Below, piece after piece: positions 1-10,574 of a stretch of DNA of 64,000 nucleotides. Positions within the stretch are counted from its first letter, which is position 1. Every line of letters starts with the position of its first letter. Where the stretch lies: NCBI GenBank assembly GCA_965279515.1, contig CBDIID010000003.1:4032001-4096000 (forward strand), in the 5' to 3' direction. Position numbers and translations under genes: made by a program. The stretch is from Turneriella sp. (GTDB lineage: Bacteria; Spirochaetota; Leptospiria; Turneriellales; Turneriellaceae). The notes beneath the pieces were generated by a model. That model was not told the DNA's origin and made no database searches. It saw only the letters and a program-made list of their open reading frames with translations.

Positions 1-282
1 CTGCGACTTTGCTGTCCTCGCGCCGTCATTCAACCGCCCGGGCGAGCCGGTCATTCTGAACAAGGCTGAAGGTATTGAAAAATTTCCCGAAATTGAATAC
101 GGTTTTTGGGATGACCGCTTTGCTGCAGGCCCGCCGTCTGCAATTTGGGACATGCGCACCGTGCCACCACTGAAGCTGCGCTAGTTGATGAAATAAAATA
201 TGCGGGTGGTAGGGCCCCCTGTTCAGGGGGCCCCGCAAATTATTAACTATTGACCTGCCTCAACCAGATTGTTCTTATAACC

Positions 283-900
283 ATGGCCATCGGTATCGTC
301 GAGAACGATTCTGCTTTCCGCGACAATTTGCTGCTGACTCTCAAGCAGCTCATGCCGCGCACCAAACTTTCATGGTGGCAAAGTGCTGAAGGCTTGCTCA
401 AAGAAGATTTACAGATCTTGCCTGATATTTTGCTGCTCGACGTGATGTTGCCGGGTATGACGGGAATCGATCTCACGCGCGAACTGATGCGCAGGGGTTA
501 CGCGGGAAAAATAGTGATTCTCACGAACATGAACTCCGACGAGCTTATTTTGCAGGCGATTGAAAGCGGCGCCGTCGGATACGTGCTCAAATCAGACCGC
601 AATGAATTGAAAAACATCATCGATACGGTCGCTGCCGGCGGCGCTATTTTGACGCCGACGATTGCCCTGCGGGTTATGACGGCGCTGCGCGAACGCCGCG
701 CCGATTCCAGTGAGTTTGGCCTTTCAGAACGCCTGCAACAGGTTCTCGATCACATGGTTGCAGGAAAAACCATTCCCCAGGTGGCTAAGGCATTGAAGCT
801 GAGCCCGGCCACTGTACATGGTTATGTAAAGGATATTTACAAGAAACTGAATGTCCATAACCGCGTCGAGCTTGCGCACCGGGTGCGGCGCGCTGTCTAA
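283..900 (+). CDS. NarL/LuxR-family response regulator (REC + HTH)
   Basis: REC motifs IVEND, LLDVMLPG and GYVLK; C-terminal LuxR HTH (LSPATVHGYVKDIYKKL); ATG at 283 preferred to TTG at 250. Confidence 0.92.
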   Translation: MAIGIVENDSAFRDNLLLTLKQLMPRTKLSWWQSAEGLLKEDLQILPDILLLDVMLPGMTGIDLTRELMRRGYAGKIVILTNMNSDELILQAIESGAVGYVLKSDRNELKNIIDTVAAGGAILTPTIALRVMTALRERRADSSEFGLSERLQQVLDHMVAGKTIPQVAKALKLSPATVHGYVKDIYKKLNVHNRVELAHRVRRAV

Positions 901-939
901 AAGAGTTCCCGGCGGATCGTCTTCTGGTAAACCCGGCAT

Positions 940-2793
940 GTGACATTTTCTGTCCTGCGCAGAGCCTTGTGTTGCGGCCTTTTTTTCCTCTGCAGTCTTG
1001 GAGCTATCTCCGCTGAACAAATCGTAGAACCCAACGAAAAAGACGTCATCGATCTCCATAACTACCAGTGGGAGCTCTACTGGAAAAAATTTATCGCCCC
1101 TTCGGAATTCGCCGACGGAACAGCCCCGCAAGCCGACGCGATTATGCAGCCGCTGACAATCTGGAACGGGCGTAAGTTAAAAAATGAAACCGCGCCGTCT
1201 TTCGGCTTTGCGACATACCGGATTAAACTGAAAATCCAAGGCAGACATGAACGGTTGGCTGTTCGGCTGATTGCACCGTTAACGAGCTACCGGCTCTACA
1301 TCAATGGCGAAAAAATGTCGCAAATCGGTGTGCCTTCCGAATCTCCGGCGGGCTTTGTTGCACAACGACGTTCATCCCTCGTCTTTTTCTCTCCGCAGGG
1401 GGCCGATCTGGAAATTATCGTGCACGTGGCAAATTTTCTGCACAATAAGGGCGGTTTGCGGGGTGGCTTTTTTCTCGGCCGTGCCGAAGTGATCCAGGCC
1501 TATGCCATGCGTTATCTGGCAATTGATCTCTTTGCCATCGGGCTTATCTTTGCCATCATGCTCTACCACCTTCTCGTATTTATCCTGACACGTAAGGATA
1601 TCTCAATCCTCGTTTTTGCCGTCCTTGCGTTTGATTATTTCCTGCTCGCCTTCACCTTCGGCGAACAGGCCATTTCGTTGTTCTTGCCGAATCTGCCACT
1701 GGATACACATCTTAAGTTCGGAGCTTTCTGCATTTATATACTACCTCCGTTGATTCTGCACTTCACCACGTTGCTGTTCCCCGGTATATTGCCGCGTTTT
1801 GTTCTGTGGTTGTATTGGGCTATTGCCCTGATCATGGCTGCTTTTTTAATTCTGCCCCCGGTCTTTTTTACCTCCTACAATGTTTTCTACTATGGATGCG
1901 TCGGCCTCTCGGTCGGGATATTGAGCCTGTGGATTGCAATCCGCGCCTACCGGGACAAGCGTGCCGGTGCAGTGTTGTTCGCCCTCGGCCTGCTGTTTTT
2001 AGTTAGCCTAACCGTGTATGCGATTTACCTGTTCACCAGCCATTCACAGGCCGGCAGTTTTCTCTCCATCGGTTTTTGTTTATTTGCTCTCTTTCAATCC
2101 GCGTCGCTCGCGTATAACCATTCGGTACTGGACAGAATCAACGGAGAAATGCAGGACCGCCTGGAGCGCAGCCGTTTTGCCCTGGAGAACCAAAGAAAAC
2201 AGATCGAGGCCAATCTGCACGACAGCCTGGGCGGCAATCTAACCGACATCAAGCTCAGTATCGAAGAATTGGTGCGCCAGCACAGGGCGGCAGGGCTGCA
2301 AGCCGATCTGATCAGGCTGGACCACCGGGTTGCCGGCACAATCACTTCGCTGCGCACAGAATTGCTTTTTCTTGAGGACCTTGAGCTCGTGATGAAGGAT
2401 TTTATTTCCGGCATTAACCTGATTTTATTGCGCCGGTACCAGATGGTCAAACGGGAAGTGAATATCCAAATCACTTCAGCAAGCCGCGACTGCGGCCGCT
2501 GGCTCGAGGGCCGGGGCCTATTGAACGAACAAAATAAACTCGAACTCTGTATGATCGTTCAGGAACTCTGCAATAACAGCCTGAAACACGGCAAAGGTTC
2601 GGCTGTGTGGAACATTGAAGCGGAACCACAAAAACTGGCGATTCGGTTCCAGGGCCGCACGGTCAAAAAAGCCAGTAAGCTGGGCTTGGGGCAGGAAACG
2701 CTGCGCGAACGAGCACATAAAATTGAGGCCGAATACGCGGCGCAGCTGAAAAACGGCGCCTATTCGGCCGAACTCGTCCTGAAGTTTCCATAA
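940..2793 (+). CDS. 7TM-DISM membrane sensor histidine kinase (HisKA_3-type, divergent ATPase domain)
   Basis: Signal peptide, extracellular domain (WELYW, GFATYR, NFLHNKGG), about 7 TM helices, H-box ANLHDSLGGNL, N-box ELCNNSLKHG. Confidence 0.85.
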   Translation: MTFSVLRRALCCGLFFLCSLGAISAEQIVEPNEKDVIDLHNYQWELYWKKFIAPSEFADGTAPQADAIMQPLTIWNGRKLKNETAPSFGFATYRIKLKIQGRHERLAVRLIAPLTSYRLYINGEKMSQIGVPSESPAGFVAQRRSSLVFFSPQGADLEIIVHVANFLHNKGGLRGGFFLGRAEVIQAYAMRYLAIDLFAIGLIFAIMLYHLLVFILTRKDISILVFAVLAFDYFLLAFTFGEQAISLFLPNLPLDTHLKFGAFCIYILPPLILHFTTLLFPGILPRFVLWLYWAIALIMAAFLILPPVFFTSYNVFYYGCVGLSVGILSLWIAIRAYRDKRAGAVLFALGLLFLVSLTVYAIYLFTSHSQAGSFLSIGFCLFALFQSASLAYNHSVLDRINGEMQDRLERSRFALENQRKQIEANLHDSLGGNLTDIKLSIEELVRQHRAAGLQADLIRLDHRVAGTITSLRTELLFLEDLELVMKDFISGINLILLRRYQMVKREVNIQITSASRDCGRWLEGRGLLNEQNKLELCMIVQELCNNSLKHGKGSAVWNIEAEPQKLAIRFQGRTVKKASKLGLGQETLRERAHKIEAEYAAQLKNGAYSAELVLKFP

Positions 2794-2854
2794 CCGGGTT
2801 GTTTGATGCCTTGAAAGCGCTTGGCACGCTGAGTTAGAGTCATACTCAAGCGTT

Positions 2855-3856
2855 ATGTGGATGGCGGTCGATGCAATGAGCGGCGACCACGGGCCGACTC
2901 CGCTCGTGGCGGGTTCGGTGGGTGCAGCGCGCGAACTCGATGCCCACGTCGTTCTTGTCGGCGACGAAAAAATTCTCGGAGCAGAACTCAAACGCCAGGA
3001 TTATACGGGCGATAATATCCGTATCGCGCATGCTTCCGAAATCATCACGATGGAAGATTCACCGGCTATGGCTGTGCGCCAGAAAAAAAACGCTTCCGTG
3101 AATGTCGCCGCCAGGCTCGTGGCAGAGGGCAAGGCGCTCGGATTTTTCTCTCCGGGAAATACCGGCGCCGCGATGGCTGCCGCACTCTCGCAGATGGGCC
3201 GCCTGCCGGGCGTCAAACGCCCCGCGATCGCGACGCCGATACCGCGTGAAGACGGCATGGCCACCGTGCTGCTCGACTCGGGTGCCAACGTCGACTGCAA
3301 GCCTGAGTATCTTGTACAGTTTGCAATCATGGGCGAGGTTTATTCGCGCGAAATTATGGGGGTCATCAACCCCAAGATCGGTCTTATTTCGAATGGTGAA
3401 GAAGATACCAAGGGCAATGAGCTGACACTGTCAGCGCTCCACAAACTCAAAAAACTGCCCTATGATTTTGTCGGCAATGTCGAGGGCCGTGACCTCTATG
3501 GCACAGGCAAACAGGTACATGTGGTTGTCTGCGACGGTTTTGTCGGCAATATTATGCTGAAGACGATCGAAGGTCTGGCCAAGACGATCTTTTCGAGTCT
3601 CAAGAAAAACATCAACGCATCGGCGATTGCACAAGGCGGCGCACTGATGATGAAACCGGCATTCATGGCGGTAAAAAACCGCATGGACTATGCTACCTAT
3701 GGCGGGGCGCCACTTCTGGGCGTCGCCGGTGTCTGTATCATCGGTCACGGTTCGTCGAGTGCACGCGCCGTGAGAAATGCGATCCGCGTGGGGCTCGAAT
3801 TCGGGCAGAAAAATGTCACGCAGCGCATTGCAGAAAATATTAAAAGGTTTGGTTAG
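2855..3856 (+). CDS. plsX: phosphate acyltransferase PlsX
   Basis: AVDAMSGD, GNTGA, RPAIA, LLDSGANVD, NVEG, VVVCDGFVGN, GHGSS. Confidence 0.97.
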   Translation: MWMAVDAMSGDHGPTPLVAGSVGAARELDAHVVLVGDEKILGAELKRQDYTGDNIRIAHASEIITMEDSPAMAVRQKKNASVNVAARLVAEGKALGFFSPGNTGAAMAAALSQMGRLPGVKRPAIATPIPREDGMATVLLDSGANVDCKPEYLVQFAIMGEVYSREIMGVINPKIGLISNGEEDTKGNELTLSALHKLKKLPYDFVGNVEGRDLYGTGKQVHVVVCDGFVGNIMLKTIEGLAKTIFSSLKKNINASAIAQGGALMMKPAFMAVKNRMDYATYGGAPLLGVAGVCIIGHGSSSARAVRNAIRVGLEFGQKNVTQRIAENIKRFG

Positions 3857-3859
3857 TTT

Positions 3860-4225
3860 ATGTTGGTGTCACTTCTCAGGGCAAAAATCCACCGCGCGGA
3901 AATTACGGACGCGAATCTTCACTACGAAGGCAGCCTCACTCTCGATGAAGATTTTCTCGATGCTTCGGGTCTTCTCGAATTCGAGAAAATCCATGTCGTC
4001 AACGTCAATAATGGCGCGCGGCTTGAGACCTATATCATCAAAGGCAAACGCGGTTCGCGCGAAGTCTGCCTGAACGGTGCCGCGGCGCGGCTGGGGCACC
4101 GGGGTGATAAGATCATCATCATTGCTTATGCACAGATGAGCCTGGAAGAGGCGCAAAAATTCCAGCCGAAAATTGTGCTGTTAGGCGAAAACAATATAAT
4201 CCAGAAAATTCTGCCCGTCGTCTAG
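3860..4225 (+). CDS. panD: aspartate 1-decarboxylase
   Basis: KIHRA, YEG-S self-cleavage site, NGARLETY, LNGAAAR. Confidence 0.97.
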   Translation: MLVSLLRAKIHRAEITDANLHYEGSLTLDEDFLDASGLLEFEKIHVVNVNNGARLETYIIKGKRGSREVCLNGAAARLGHRGDKIIIIAYAQMSLEEAQKFQPKIVLLGENNIIQKILPVV

Positions 4226-5115
4226 CGCAGTTTCAGGGTCTTCTTCATCCAGCCTTCAATATCCTTGAAGATCTTGAGGCGGTTGAGTTCGTTAAAGTTT
4301 TCATGAAAATTCTGCGGGTAGAGATCGTAGTGCAATAGTTTTGGATTGATTTTCTGCGCGAGGGCTTCCGTCACCTTGATGTCGGCCAGGTGGTCATCAC
4401 CGGCAACAACGAGAAATAGCGGCTGGTTCCACTTGTGAAAGATGCCAGCCAGGTCTGCGTGTGCCTTGAGAAGTGCATTGCCAAAACGGATTGTCGACTC
4501 TTTCGCACGGATATGGTCTTTTTCATCTTCGTAGTGGCGGCGCGTAATGTCAGCGTCATGCGTCAGGCTGTCGGTGAGCGATGGCGCCGGCACTTTCATT
4601 TTTGGCAGAATCGCCGCCATGGGTTTTGAAAGCGCGACCAGTATCTTGGGTACTTTCACCGCGTTGCCGAAATAAGGCGATGACATGATGTAACCTTTGA
4701 CGGCCGCATCTCCGTGCGGTAGGCGCTGTAAGACAAAGTGAGCGGTGATCAGGGCGCCCATCGAGTGTGTCAGGAAAACAATCGGTTTTTTCGGATATTT
4801 TGTTTTCACCCATTGCAGGAAAAGTTCCATGTCATCTAAAAAAATCTGGAACGAGGGGATATCCACACGGGCTCTCTCTGCATGGCCGTGCATGTCGAAA
4901 CTGACTGTCGCCCAACCTTTTTTCTTAAAATGCAGCGCGGGCGTTACCCAGTCGCCGGCATGGGCCAGGCCGCCGTGAACGGCTAAAAAAACACCCTTGG
5001 GTTTTGCCGGCCCCCAGATGTGTATCTTACGCTGAACGCCGTCGCTGCAAGGCAGCGTGTCGAGAGCATCTTCAGAGAAGCGGTTTTTGGTAGTGGTGGG
5101 TTTCTTTTGCGCCAT
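4222..5115 (-). CDS. alpha/beta hydrolase (lysophospholipase/monoacylglycerol lipase-like)
   Basis: VHGG, FDMHGHA, nucleophile elbow THSMG, acid Asp (GDDHL), C-terminal FHE. Confidence 0.85.
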   Translation of the reverse strand: MAQKKPTTTKNRFSEDALDTLPCSDGVQRKIHIWGPAKPKGVFLAVHGGLAHAGDWVTPALHFKKKGWATVSFDMHGHAERARVDIPSFQIFLDDMELFLQWVKTKYPKKPIVFLTHSMGALITAHFVLQRLPHGDAAVKGYIMSSPYFGNAVKVPKILVALSKPMAAILPKMKVPAPSLTDSLTHDADITRRHYEDEKDHIRAKESTIRFGNALLKAHADLAGIFHKWNQPLFLVVAGDDHLADIKVTEALAQKINPKLLHYDLYPQNFHENFNELNRLKIFKDIEGWMKKTLKLR

Positions 5116-5160
5116 AATAATCGTCTGCTTTTGCCCTGCGGGGCCTCTGTCATGCTCTTT

Positions 5161-5949
5161 TCAGTCGGCGCTGTAACTGCAGCGCAGGCGCTGTGGTTTC
5201 TTAGCGAGCTTCACTTGGGTCGCGGCGCTGCGGCGCTCATCTTTCACAGCTGTGACTGTCAGGGGAATTTCCGTCTGTTTTTCATTCTCCTCCACGACGC
5301 AGCGTATCTGATCGTTTTTGTAACCGATGCCGAGAAAACCGCTGCGGGCTCCGATACTCAGCTGAACAGACGCGGTAATATTGTCGGCCCATTGCCACTC
5401 GGCGATCGGCCAGAGTTCATAGGTAAAGCCCTGCGTCCAATTGCCATTACTGAAGTAGCTATGGCCGCGCTCGTCATAGCTGAGGGCCTGGCGGTATTGA
5501 ATCTCCAGCTCGCCTTCGCCTTTTTCAAATTCCAGAATTTGTTCTGCGATTTGCAGGTTTTTCATGGCATCGGGGCAGAATGAGCACAGCTTTCTATCGT
5601 CAATTTTCCGGGTTTGCGGCGCCGCAGTGAAAAGTTTTTCCCGGTAGCGGAAGCTGACGTTGCCCGAGCCCGAAAACACAAAACTCAGTTTCACTTTTTC
5701 GTCCGCGGCCGCGAAAATTTTATAACGTACCCGGGCATCGCAGGCGCGCGCGGCGAACAGGTCAAAATTCATTTTGCCGGTATGCGCTTCGGGGCAATGG
5801 AATTCCAGGGTTTCGCCGAGAACTTTGAGTGCGGCTTTTTCAGCCCTGAGTTCGCTGCCGGCGCGGTCGATGCGCACGGGAGCACGCAGGTTGGGCCAGA
5901 CGCCGGTCGCTGCGCACAGGAAAATGAAAAAGACTTTGCGGAGAATCAT
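5161..5949 (-). CDS. hypothetical exported protein
   Basis: Signal-peptide-like N-terminus MILRKVFFIFLCAA; several Cys; fills the gap between neighbours. Confidence 0.65.
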   Translation of the reverse strand: MILRKVFFIFLCAATGVWPNLRAPVRIDRAGSELRAEKAALKVLGETLEFHCPEAHTGKMNFDLFAARACDARVRYKIFAAADEKVKLSFVFSGSGNVSFRYREKLFTAAPQTRKIDDRKLCSFCPDAMKNLQIAEQILEFEKGEGELEIQYRQALSYDERGHSYFSNGNWTQGFTYELWPIAEWQWADNITASVQLSIGARSGFLGIGYKNDQIRCVVEENEKQTEIPLTVTAVKDERRSAATQVKLAKKPQRLRCSYSAD

Positions 5950-5974
5950 GCGCCTCGAAAGGCATTTGCACATC

Positions 5975-6604
5975 ATGGAAGCAAGCCCTTTTGCGGCATC
6001 GTCGACATCCCTATACCTGATCTGTGACGGTGAAACCTGTCGCGACCGCGGTTTGCCCTATGAAGATTTCTTCGCCGGGGCGATCGCCGGCGGTGCGGGA
6101 ATGATTCAGTACCGCCATAAGAATATTCCGGAGCCGGAATACGAAAAAAATCTGCTGCGCCTCGTGAAAGTCTGTGAAGGATCGCAGGTAACACTGATTG
6201 TGAACGACCACGCCCAAATTGCTGAAAAATTTTCACTGCCGCTGCATTTAGGCCAGGGGGATGCCCTGCCACGAGACCTCAGGGTTCCCTATGGCAGGTC
6301 GACACATAACTTTGCAGAACTGGCTATCGCCCTCGCCGCGGAACCGCCACCCGGTTATATCGCGCTGGGCACGATGTTCCCGAGTACAGTGAAACCCGAT
6401 GTCATACCTGCGCGCGACCGCGTCGATGAATATCTGAAACGTACGGCATTACCCTTGGTACTGATCGGCGGTATCACTGCCGATAACGTACGCTTTCTGC
6501 CGCGATCACCGAAGATTTTCTATGCTGTCATCAGTGATGCCTTTCGTTTTGGGGCAACGAAAGAGGGGATTGAGAAGTACGTTAAGGCCTGGCCGCGGGC
6601 CTGA
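5975..6604 (+). CDS. thiE: thiamine-phosphate synthase
   Basis: LYLI, IQYRHK, LIVND, LHLGQGD, GRSTH, FPSTVK, IGGI; start set to ATG 5975. Confidence 0.9.
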   Translation: MEASPFAASSTSLYLICDGETCRDRGLPYEDFFAGAIAGGAGMIQYRHKNIPEPEYEKNLLRLVKVCEGSQVTLIVNDHAQIAEKFSLPLHLGQGDALPRDLRVPYGRSTHNFAELAIALAAEPPPGYIALGTMFPSTVKPDVIPARDRVDEYLKRTALPLVLIGGITADNVRFLPRSPKIFYAVISDAFRFGATKEGIEKYVKAWPRA

Positions 6605-6608
6605 GGCA

Positions 6609-7286
6609 TTACCAGCTCTTCTGCCAGACATCGAGCAGGGCAAAGAGGTTGTTCTTCAGCGCGGCGAACGGCATCTCGGGTGAGGGTGCTATGAGTTTGT
6701 CCATATTCTCAAACTTATGCCTGAGGCTCTCATACCACATCGTATACCACTCAAAAGAAAGTTCATTATGGAACTGCAACCCGAGTGAGTTCTTAAAAGT
6801 GAAACCCTGGTTTGTGACAATCTTGCCTGAGAACAACTTTTCGAACCCCGGCGGCAAAGTGAAATTCTCACCATGCCACTGAAAACAATCCCACTCGTTG
6901 GCGTCGAGGTTGCCGTCCTTAAAAAAACGGTGCGCAGCCAGCGGGGAGACTTTATCAAAACCCAGCTCAAAAGCCGACGGGGTAATCACGCCGCCCGCAA
7001 CTTTGCTGATGGCCTGCGCGCCGAGGCATACCCCGAGTACAGGGCGATTGGCATGTACGAAATCGGCGGTCAGCGACAGCGATGTATTCATAAGCCAGCT
7101 GTCGTCGTTCACAGACATCGGACCGCCCATCGCAACGAGGCCGTCATAGGCCATGAGAGCATTTGCCGGCGGGCGCTGTTTCTGGAACAGGTTTACATAG
7201 AAATGTGAATGGCCGTTCTTTGTAAGCCATTCGGCGATGGTGCCCAAGCCTTCTTCTTCCTGGTGCCGCAAAACGATGAAGCGCAT
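6609..7286 (-). CDS. type 1 glutamine amidotransferase
   Basis: MGGPMSVND, LGVCLGAQ, FQWHGE, LQFHNE. Confidence 0.92.
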   Translation of the reverse strand: MRFIVLRHQEEEGLGTIAEWLTKNGHSHFYVNLFQKQRPPANALMAYDGLVAMGGPMSVNDDSWLMNTSLSLTADFVHANRPVLGVCLGAQAISKVAGGVITPSAFELGFDKVSPLAAHRFFKDGNLDANEWDCFQWHGENFTLPPGFEKLFSGKIVTNQGFTFKNSLGLQFHNELSFEWYTMWYESLRHKFENMDKLIAPSPEMPFAALKNNLFALLDVWQKSW

Positions 7287-8884
7287 TATTTGCCTCCGAA
7301 TTTTTTCCTGAGTTTTCCGAGAAGTTCGAAAAATGCCCTTGCTTCGTCAAGGCGGGCAAGCTGTGCCAGGGCCGCGTAAGCGACAAGCGCAACGGGAATC
7401 GATACGGCCAGTTGCAGGATGGCCCTTTCGGGAAAAACAAACTTCCGCAGTAAGAGGAGCAGGGCCGCAAAGATTACGTTCACCAGAAAAATTCCCAAAA
7501 GCCCGTTGGCAAGGCGACCCGGTGAGTGAAAAATTTTCCGCCGGAACAGGATAACCCCGTAGATGATGACGCCGCACCAGGCAGCGAGCGCCGAGCCCAG
7601 TGCGAGGCCGCCGTGGAGCAATGGCTGCATGAGAGTGAGGCTCAGCGCGAAGTTAAGGAAGAGTGCGATGCCCGTGATGATGGCCGGCGTTTTCGTGTCC
7701 ATGCGCGCATAGAGTGAAACACTGAAGAGTTTTTGCAGGCTGTAGGCGAGAATACCCGGCGCATAACACATCAGCGCCGTCGCGGTAACATCGGTTGAGC
7801 GGCTGGTAAAGGCACCGCGTTCAAAGATCAGGCTGACGATCGGTGTACTGAAGACCATGAGGCCGGCGACGGCAGGCAGCAAAAAGAAGAAATTTAACCG
7901 CATCGAATACGCGAGGTTGGTTGAAAACCGCTCACCTGTTGTGTCTTCATGGAATAATTTTGAAAGTTGCGGTAAACTGGCAGTGGCAACGGCGACGCCA
8001 AAGATACCGATCGGCAACTGGATCAGGCGGTGCGAGTAGGTGAGCGCCGAGATCGCTTCAGGCACGCGATCGGCGAGTGAAGTCGCAAGGTACACATCGA
8101 TGAGCTGGCCTAACTCTTGCATCGACGCCGCAAAAACTGCAGGCAACATGAGCGACCCCAGTGCCTTGAGAGCACCGTGGCGCAGGTTGAAACTGTAACG
8201 CGGTTTGAGTCCCCGGCGGTGGACTGTATAAATCTGGAAAGCGACCTGTGCAACTGCCGCGAGTAACGTTGCCAGCGAAAAAATGTAGATCGACCGCACG
8301 TCGAAGGCGGTATGCGCCAGGCGCATGTATGCGGCATAGGCGCCGAACACAATCAGGATGACGATGTTCAGAAGCGCCGGCCCGAAGCTCGCGGCCCAGA
8401 AAATCTTGTGTGAATATTGGATGCCCATGTAGAGCGATGCGACGCTCATCATGACAAGGTAGGGGAAAAGCAGCTGGCTGAGGTTGATCGTGAGCTGAAG
8501 TTCTGCCGGGGGAATTTTATCCCCCGCGAGAATCACGGGCAAAAGATAGGGCAAAAGGAAAATAACCAGAACCGTGATTAATCCCATCGCGATAGCCGTG
8601 AAAACAATGACGACGCCGGCCGCCTCGCGCGCCTTGTCTTCGCCCTCGCGCGCATATTTGTTGTAGAGCGGCACAAATGCCTGCGAGAGCGCGCCCTCGG
8701 CGACGAGATTGCGCAGCATGTTGTTGAGACGGAAGGCGATGTCGAAGGCAACGGAAAGCGGGCCTGTGCCGAAGGCATACGCTTTCAGCATGTCGCGCAT
8801 GAGGCCGAGCACGCGCGAGAACGACGTAAACAGGGAAAAGATCGAGGAATGTTTTAATGTCTCGCGCGTATGCGAATCGGCCAC
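7286..8884 (-). CDS. murJ: lipid II flippase MurJ
   Basis: SRVLGLMRD, AEGALSQAFVP, RLIQLPIGIFG, FERGAF; about 14 TMs. Confidence 0.95.
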   Translation of the reverse strand: MADSHTRETLKHSSIFSLFTSFSRVLGLMRDMLKAYAFGTGPLSVAFDIAFRLNNMLRNLVAEGALSQAFVPLYNKYAREGEDKAREAAGVVIVFTAIAMGLITVLVIFLLPYLLPVILAGDKIPPAELQLTINLSQLLFPYLVMMSVASLYMGIQYSHKIFWAASFGPALLNIVILIVFGAYAAYMRLAHTAFDVRSIYIFSLATLLAAVAQVAFQIYTVHRRGLKPRYSFNLRHGALKALGSLMLPAVFAASMQELGQLIDVYLATSLADRVPEAISALTYSHRLIQLPIGIFGVAVATASLPQLSKLFHEDTTGERFSTNLAYSMRLNFFFLLPAVAGLMVFSTPIVSLIFERGAFTSRSTDVTATALMCYAPGILAYSLQKLFSVSLYARMDTKTPAIITGIALFLNFALSLTLMQPLLHGGLALGSALAAWCGVIIYGVILFRRKIFHSPGRLANGLLGIFLVNVIFAALLLLLRKFVFPERAILQLAVSIPVALVAYAALAQLARLDEARAFFELLGKLRKKFGGK

Positions 8885-9019
8885 AAATCCGGTCTGCGTA
8901 TTAAAAATACAGGGTAAAGCGGTTGGTGTTATGGCCGTTTAGAATGAATTAATAAAGGGGACATGCGGTTCCCGGAGGATTTCATTCCGTTCGGAGTTTC
9001 CATTCCATTTCTGCCTATG

Positions 9020-9574
9020 TCATAACTTTGTCGAACCCGAGCCGACTCCGCCTTTGAACACGGTGCGGCTCAGCGAGCGATCAGTGATGATGCCACGCTT
9101 ACCTGTGAGTACATTGCCCGAACCATCTTGTACGGTAACAGGCACGTTCGAATAAAGCATGTTTTTGGTTTCGTCCCAGAACAATTCTTCGGTCTTCATC
9201 TTACGGTTATGCGGGGCTTCGACGAAGACATTCCCCGAAATCGTCATGAATTTATTGCCCTGCTGCAGTACCGCGCGTTTGCCGGTGATGATTGTGGCCT
9301 TACCGAAGTCTTTCGATTTGCGGTTTGTTTCAAAATATTCAATGTGCAGATCAAAGAGATGTGTTTCATCTTTAACCTGCACGATGTAACCTTCAGCGGC
9401 CGCGGCACGCCACAGTAATTCGCCCTTACGGAACGCCTCTGCGGTAAAATTTCTCAGTGTCGCATCGGCGCCGCGAATCTGGTCGCCGTACATGAGCTCG
9501 GGTATGAATGCAGACTCCTTGGAGCAGCTTGCGCTGACTGCAATCAAAGAAAGGCTGAAAAAAACAAAGCGCAT
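9020..9574 (-). CDS. lptC: LPS export protein LptC-like
   Basis: N-terminal anchor with lipobox-like SASC; beta-jellyroll pattern (GNVFV, TEELFWD, SNVPVTV). Confidence 0.75.
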   Translation of the reverse strand: MRFVFFSLSLIAVSASCSKESAFIPELMYGDQIRGADATLRNFTAEAFRKGELLWRAAAAEGYIVQVKDETHLFDLHIEYFETNRKSKDFGKATIITGKRAVLQQGNKFMTISGNVFVEAPHNRKMKTEELFWDETKNMLYSNVPVTVQDGSGNVLTGKRGIITDRSLSRTVFKGGVGSGSTKL

Positions 9575-9626
9575 ATGGCGAAGAACACCTTAAGCAGACG
9601 CCGCTCGCGCCGGTAAACTGAAATCG

Positions 9627-10424
9627 TCAGCGCGAATCGGCAGGCAGCATGAGGGGAGCCTTACCGTCGGTAATAATAATCTTGGTATTCGGCGATTTGG
9701 CGAGCTCTTTGAATGCTTCGATGGCGCGCAGCTGGATGATCTCTTTATTCAGTCCCTGCGTCAGGATTTTCTGCGAGTCGCGTACTCCCATCGCCTCAAT
9801 TTTCCGGCGTTCAGCCTCCTGACGTTCCTGATTCAGGATATACTCCATACGCTGTGCTTCCTGTTCGGCACGGAGCTTTTCTTCGATTGCAGCATAGAGC
9901 CCCGGGGGCAGGCGAATGCTTTTTAACAGGACCTTGCTGATGATAAAACCTTTGTCTTCCAGAGTTTCACGCATACTCTTCAAAATCTCGCCCTCAATTT
10001 CACCACGCTTGCCCGTGTGCATGTCTTTAGCCAAAAAACGGGCGGAAACATCGGCAGCGGCCGAACGAAAAACATTGATGACAACGCGTTCTTCAGTCTG
10101 GTGGAAATCGTTGCCACCGAACTCAACCAGCAGTGATGGAATTTTTTCCTGATTCAGCTTATACAGAATCGAAATATCGGCTTCTATATTTAAGCCTTCT
10201 TTACTGGGTAATGAAAGCGAAACTTCAAGGTTTTCGATGGATACCGGCAGCACGATAATATCCGTCCAAAGCGGATTGTAAAAATAAAGTCCGGCTTGCA
10301 GAATTTCAGTGCTTTGCTTGCCAAATTTGCGTTCGACACCGAGGTTACCGGTTTGGATGGTCTTACAGGCAACAAAACCCATTAGAACCACGATGATTCC
10401 GGAAAACTTTGCGATCCAGGTCAT
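9627..10424 (-). CDS. SPFH/prohibitin family protein
   Basis: GLYFYNP, SKEGL, AIEEKLRAEQE coiled coil, IEAMG. Confidence 0.92.
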   Translation of the reverse strand: MTWIAKFSGIIVVLMGFVACKTIQTGNLGVERKFGKQSTEILQAGLYFYNPLWTDIIVLPVSIENLEVSLSLPSKEGLNIEADISILYKLNQEKIPSLLVEFGGNDFHQTEERVVINVFRSAAADVSARFLAKDMHTGKRGEIEGEILKSMRETLEDKGFIISKVLLKSIRLPPGLYAAIEEKLRAEQEAQRMEYILNQERQEAERRKIEAMGVRDSQKILTQGLNKEIIQLRAIEAFKELAKSPNTKIIITDGKAPLMLPADSR

Positions 10425-10550
10425 ATTCCCTCCCCGCCACTGGCGGCTTGATTAAAGTAAGAAATGCCGGGCGTTGCGGCAATATTCGGCCCTGCAAAAG
10501 CTGACCGCAAAGTGGTGTTTGGGGTTCCCATTTCAGGACTGTTTTGCTTG

Positions 10551-10574
10551 ACCCTACCCACACGTGGGTAGGGT
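10551..10574. promoter_or_regulatory. perfect dyad overlapping a -35 hexamer (putative operator)
   Basis: ACCCTACCCA-cacg-TGGGTAGGGT overlapping TTGACC at 10548-10553, in a divergent intergenic region. Confidence 0.5.

Noticed and set aside
212..233. GC-rich inverted repeat GGGCCCCCT-gttc-AGGGGGCCC upstream of the first regulator
   Set aside because: No U-tract and no second copy, so no function can be assigned.
1..238. 70-aa minus-strand ORF and a possible gene start (MTARGQQSR) leaving the window at 29
   Set aside because: No recognisable motif, and too little sequence to support a call.
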